From Felis catus (Eukaryota), in the NCBI RefSeq assembly GCF_018350175.1, contig NC_058368.1:220660001-220724000 (forward strand): a stretch of DNA of 64,000 nucleotides, in the 5' to 3' direction. The translations under genes were made by a program, and so were the position numbers. The notes under the pieces are model-generated. The model was not told the DNA's origin. It worked only from the letters and a program-made list of their open reading frames with translations, and did no database searches. Shown here piece after piece: positions 61,992 through 64,000 of the stretch (the first letter of the stretch is position 1; each line of letters begins with the position of its first letter).

Positions 61992-62592
61992 CCTACTGAC
62001 CCACACATAGTATTTCTTATGGAAATTCTTGGAGAGATAACCTTACAAGGAAACAATGAGATAAAGAAAGAAGAATGTAGGGGAAATATTGCACACCCTA
62101 AGAAAAGAGCAGATTTTCATAAAGATAACAAATAATGCACCAAACTTAGCAAGCTTATTGCATTTCACTGGCTTTCCAAGTGAGCTCAAGTGACTCTCTT
62201 TAAGAGAGATCATGATCAGATAACACTCCTTGTGTTGCTTAGATCTTATGTTTGCCTCATTTGGAAGAGGATTATGGAATCCAAATTAGAATTAGCAAAT
62301 AATTAAAATTAGAATTAGCAAATACATTTAAATATACTTAAATAATTTTTTTGATGAAAACTGAAGAGATATTACATGCCAAACCTTCTTTTTCTCACCA
62401 CATTCAGCTAGAATCGCCAAAGTTTTCTACCTGCAAGCTTATTCACCCAATTGCTCCATAGGTACTGGCTTGGACTTAGATTATACTTAAAGTCTTAGGT
62501 TGGGTTAACTGCATCTACCAAAGACTAGGATTCGATGTGCCTGAAATCATGGAGACCGGATCAACTTTTTCCCATGAACTTTTGCACAGGAA

Positions 62593-62595
<3 letters not shown>

Positions 62596-62643
<48 letters not shown>

Positions 62644-62710
62644 AGGAAGGAAGGAAGGAAGGAAGGAAGGAAGGAAGGAAGGAAGGTTGGAAGGAAAAAT
62701 GGAAGGAAGA
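62596..62710. repeat. (GA)n(GGAA)n compound microsatellite
   Basis: Direct observation. Confidence 0.95.
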
Positions 62711-63814
62711 AAAAATTTTAAGAAAAGAAATAGATCTGCTTTCAAAGTCTAATGCAACTTCTCTGCAACCATTCTGCACCCTCCCTTCTCCCATAACAAC
62801 AGCCTTGTTAATTTTGGGTATATTAGTTTACAGCCAGACCTACGGTTTCCTTATGGAAATGGCTATATCACTCCAGGGAATCCAGGAGCCTGGGCTCAAT
62901 ACAGTACATGTGTAAAGTAAGAAGGCTATGGATTTAGTAATATTGGTGGTCTAGAATGAACTTCTTCTGGATGATGAGTTATCATAATAGTACATACCAG
63001 CATTTACTATTTTGATAGGGAATATCATGTGCTTGTAATTAAATTTTAAAGTAATGGCATACAATTATCCAGGGGTTATTGATATTTAGTACCCAAGGTC
63101 CAGAACATCCAATATGATCCCTAATTCATATGAATACACCAGATTGCTACGCCAAAAGACAAGGAAATCAATATTGAAATCACCTCGTTACCTCATAAAA
63201 AGTGATCCATGTCTTGCTAAAGGCCAGAAGATCTGTTTCCTGCTAGTCAAGAAAGTCTGCTCCTTTCTACTAGGCTTTGAAAGGTTAACTCCATTTGTTA
63301 TATGGTTATAAAACATTCCACATAGAAATAGAAATCTTTGGCCAGCGGGTCTCTGTATTATCAGGAATCAATGACTAAGTTTCCCACTCCAGTCAAATCA
63401 GACGGTGGGAATTTCTAGTGGTTCCACCATTCAGTTGTTAGATGGGTTTCACAGGCAAAAAAGAAACCAAAAAACAAAAAAAAAGTCTCCAGAAAAACCA
63501 TTTAAGTGACCTGCTTTTCTAGTCAGAAGAATAACTATTATCTGCAATAATTACATCATATCATCCTTCCCAGCAGAAACAGATTAGTATCATCAAAAAC
63601 CATGATTACATCTGAGATTCATAGAACTCTTATCTGGAAAGTCTTTCAAATGTCCAATAACCTTTCTCTTCCTCTCATTACATATTTTTCTGGAATTTAA
63701 TTAAATCATTATTCTTACTTCTGTCCCTTCTGTGTTTAAAAGAAAAAACTTTTGATTTTGGTCTTTGTTGCTTCATGTACAATGGCCTACCACAGTTTTC
63801 TCAAGCACTCGTAA

Positions 63815-64000
63815 AAAAATTCTCCAGGATAAGTGATAAAACAAGCCATTATCAATTCATGCAAAGGTCTCTGGACATAATGGAATGAAATTGAAGTAAT
63901 AACAAAGAGAAATTTGAGAATTTCACAAATATGTAGAAGTTAAACAATGCACTTCTAAAAAAAGTAACTCAAAAAAGAAATCATAAGAGAAATTAGAAAA
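63815..64000 (+). mobile_element. Old L1 ORF2 fragment (end of endonuclease region), continuing past the window
   Basis: attctccaggata, cataatggaatgaaattgaa, ttcacaaatatgt.gaa.ttaaacaa and gagaaattagaaaa. Confidence 0.75.

Noticed and set aside
28739..62325. Scattered 10-23 bp tandem duplications (e.g. 28739-28775, 39208-39230, 48542-48576, 53925-53954, 61278-61298, 62283-62325)
   Set aside because: Ordinary slippage or short duplication events with no shared sequence or spacing.
62515..62915. ORFs with RE/KEGR/PSFL repeats (also 47041-47283, 36174-36545, 43691-44069)
   Set aside because: They are translations of microsatellites.

Overview
This is mammalian nuclear DNA, almost certainly felid, judged from the Felis-type Can-SINEs and carnivore LINE-1s. 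It is AT-rich, intergenic or intronic, and dominated by transposable elements. I recognise no intact host protein-coding gene, rRNA, true tRNA gene or CRISPR array, and most entries in the ORF track derive from L1, SINE, LTR or microsatellite sequence. The main contents are: a 3'-truncated L1 (+, 1-2566); a full-length but dead L1 of the same type (-, ~13030-21083) carrying nested SINEs; about 30 Can-SINEs, many with readable target-site duplications (TSDs); several solo MLT1 LTRs; one two-LTR MaLR element; an ERVL provirus remnant with a recognisable integrase fossil; old L1M/L2/MIR/CR1 and hAT fragments; and microsatellites. I did not find convincing evidence of a new biological system. The leads most worth checking are: (i) an antisense, ORF0-like open frame plus a YY1/NRF1/CTCF motif cluster in the felid L1 5'UTR; (ii) an L1 insertion with a T-rich tract at its 5' end inside the TSD; (iii) serial reuse of identical target sites at both ends of the full-length L1; (iv) recurrent fold-back, templated-repair-like scars; (v) two 53-nt candidate exons in unique sequence. 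Subfamily names come from recalled consensus motifs, not from a database search, and boundaries of old repeats are approximate.
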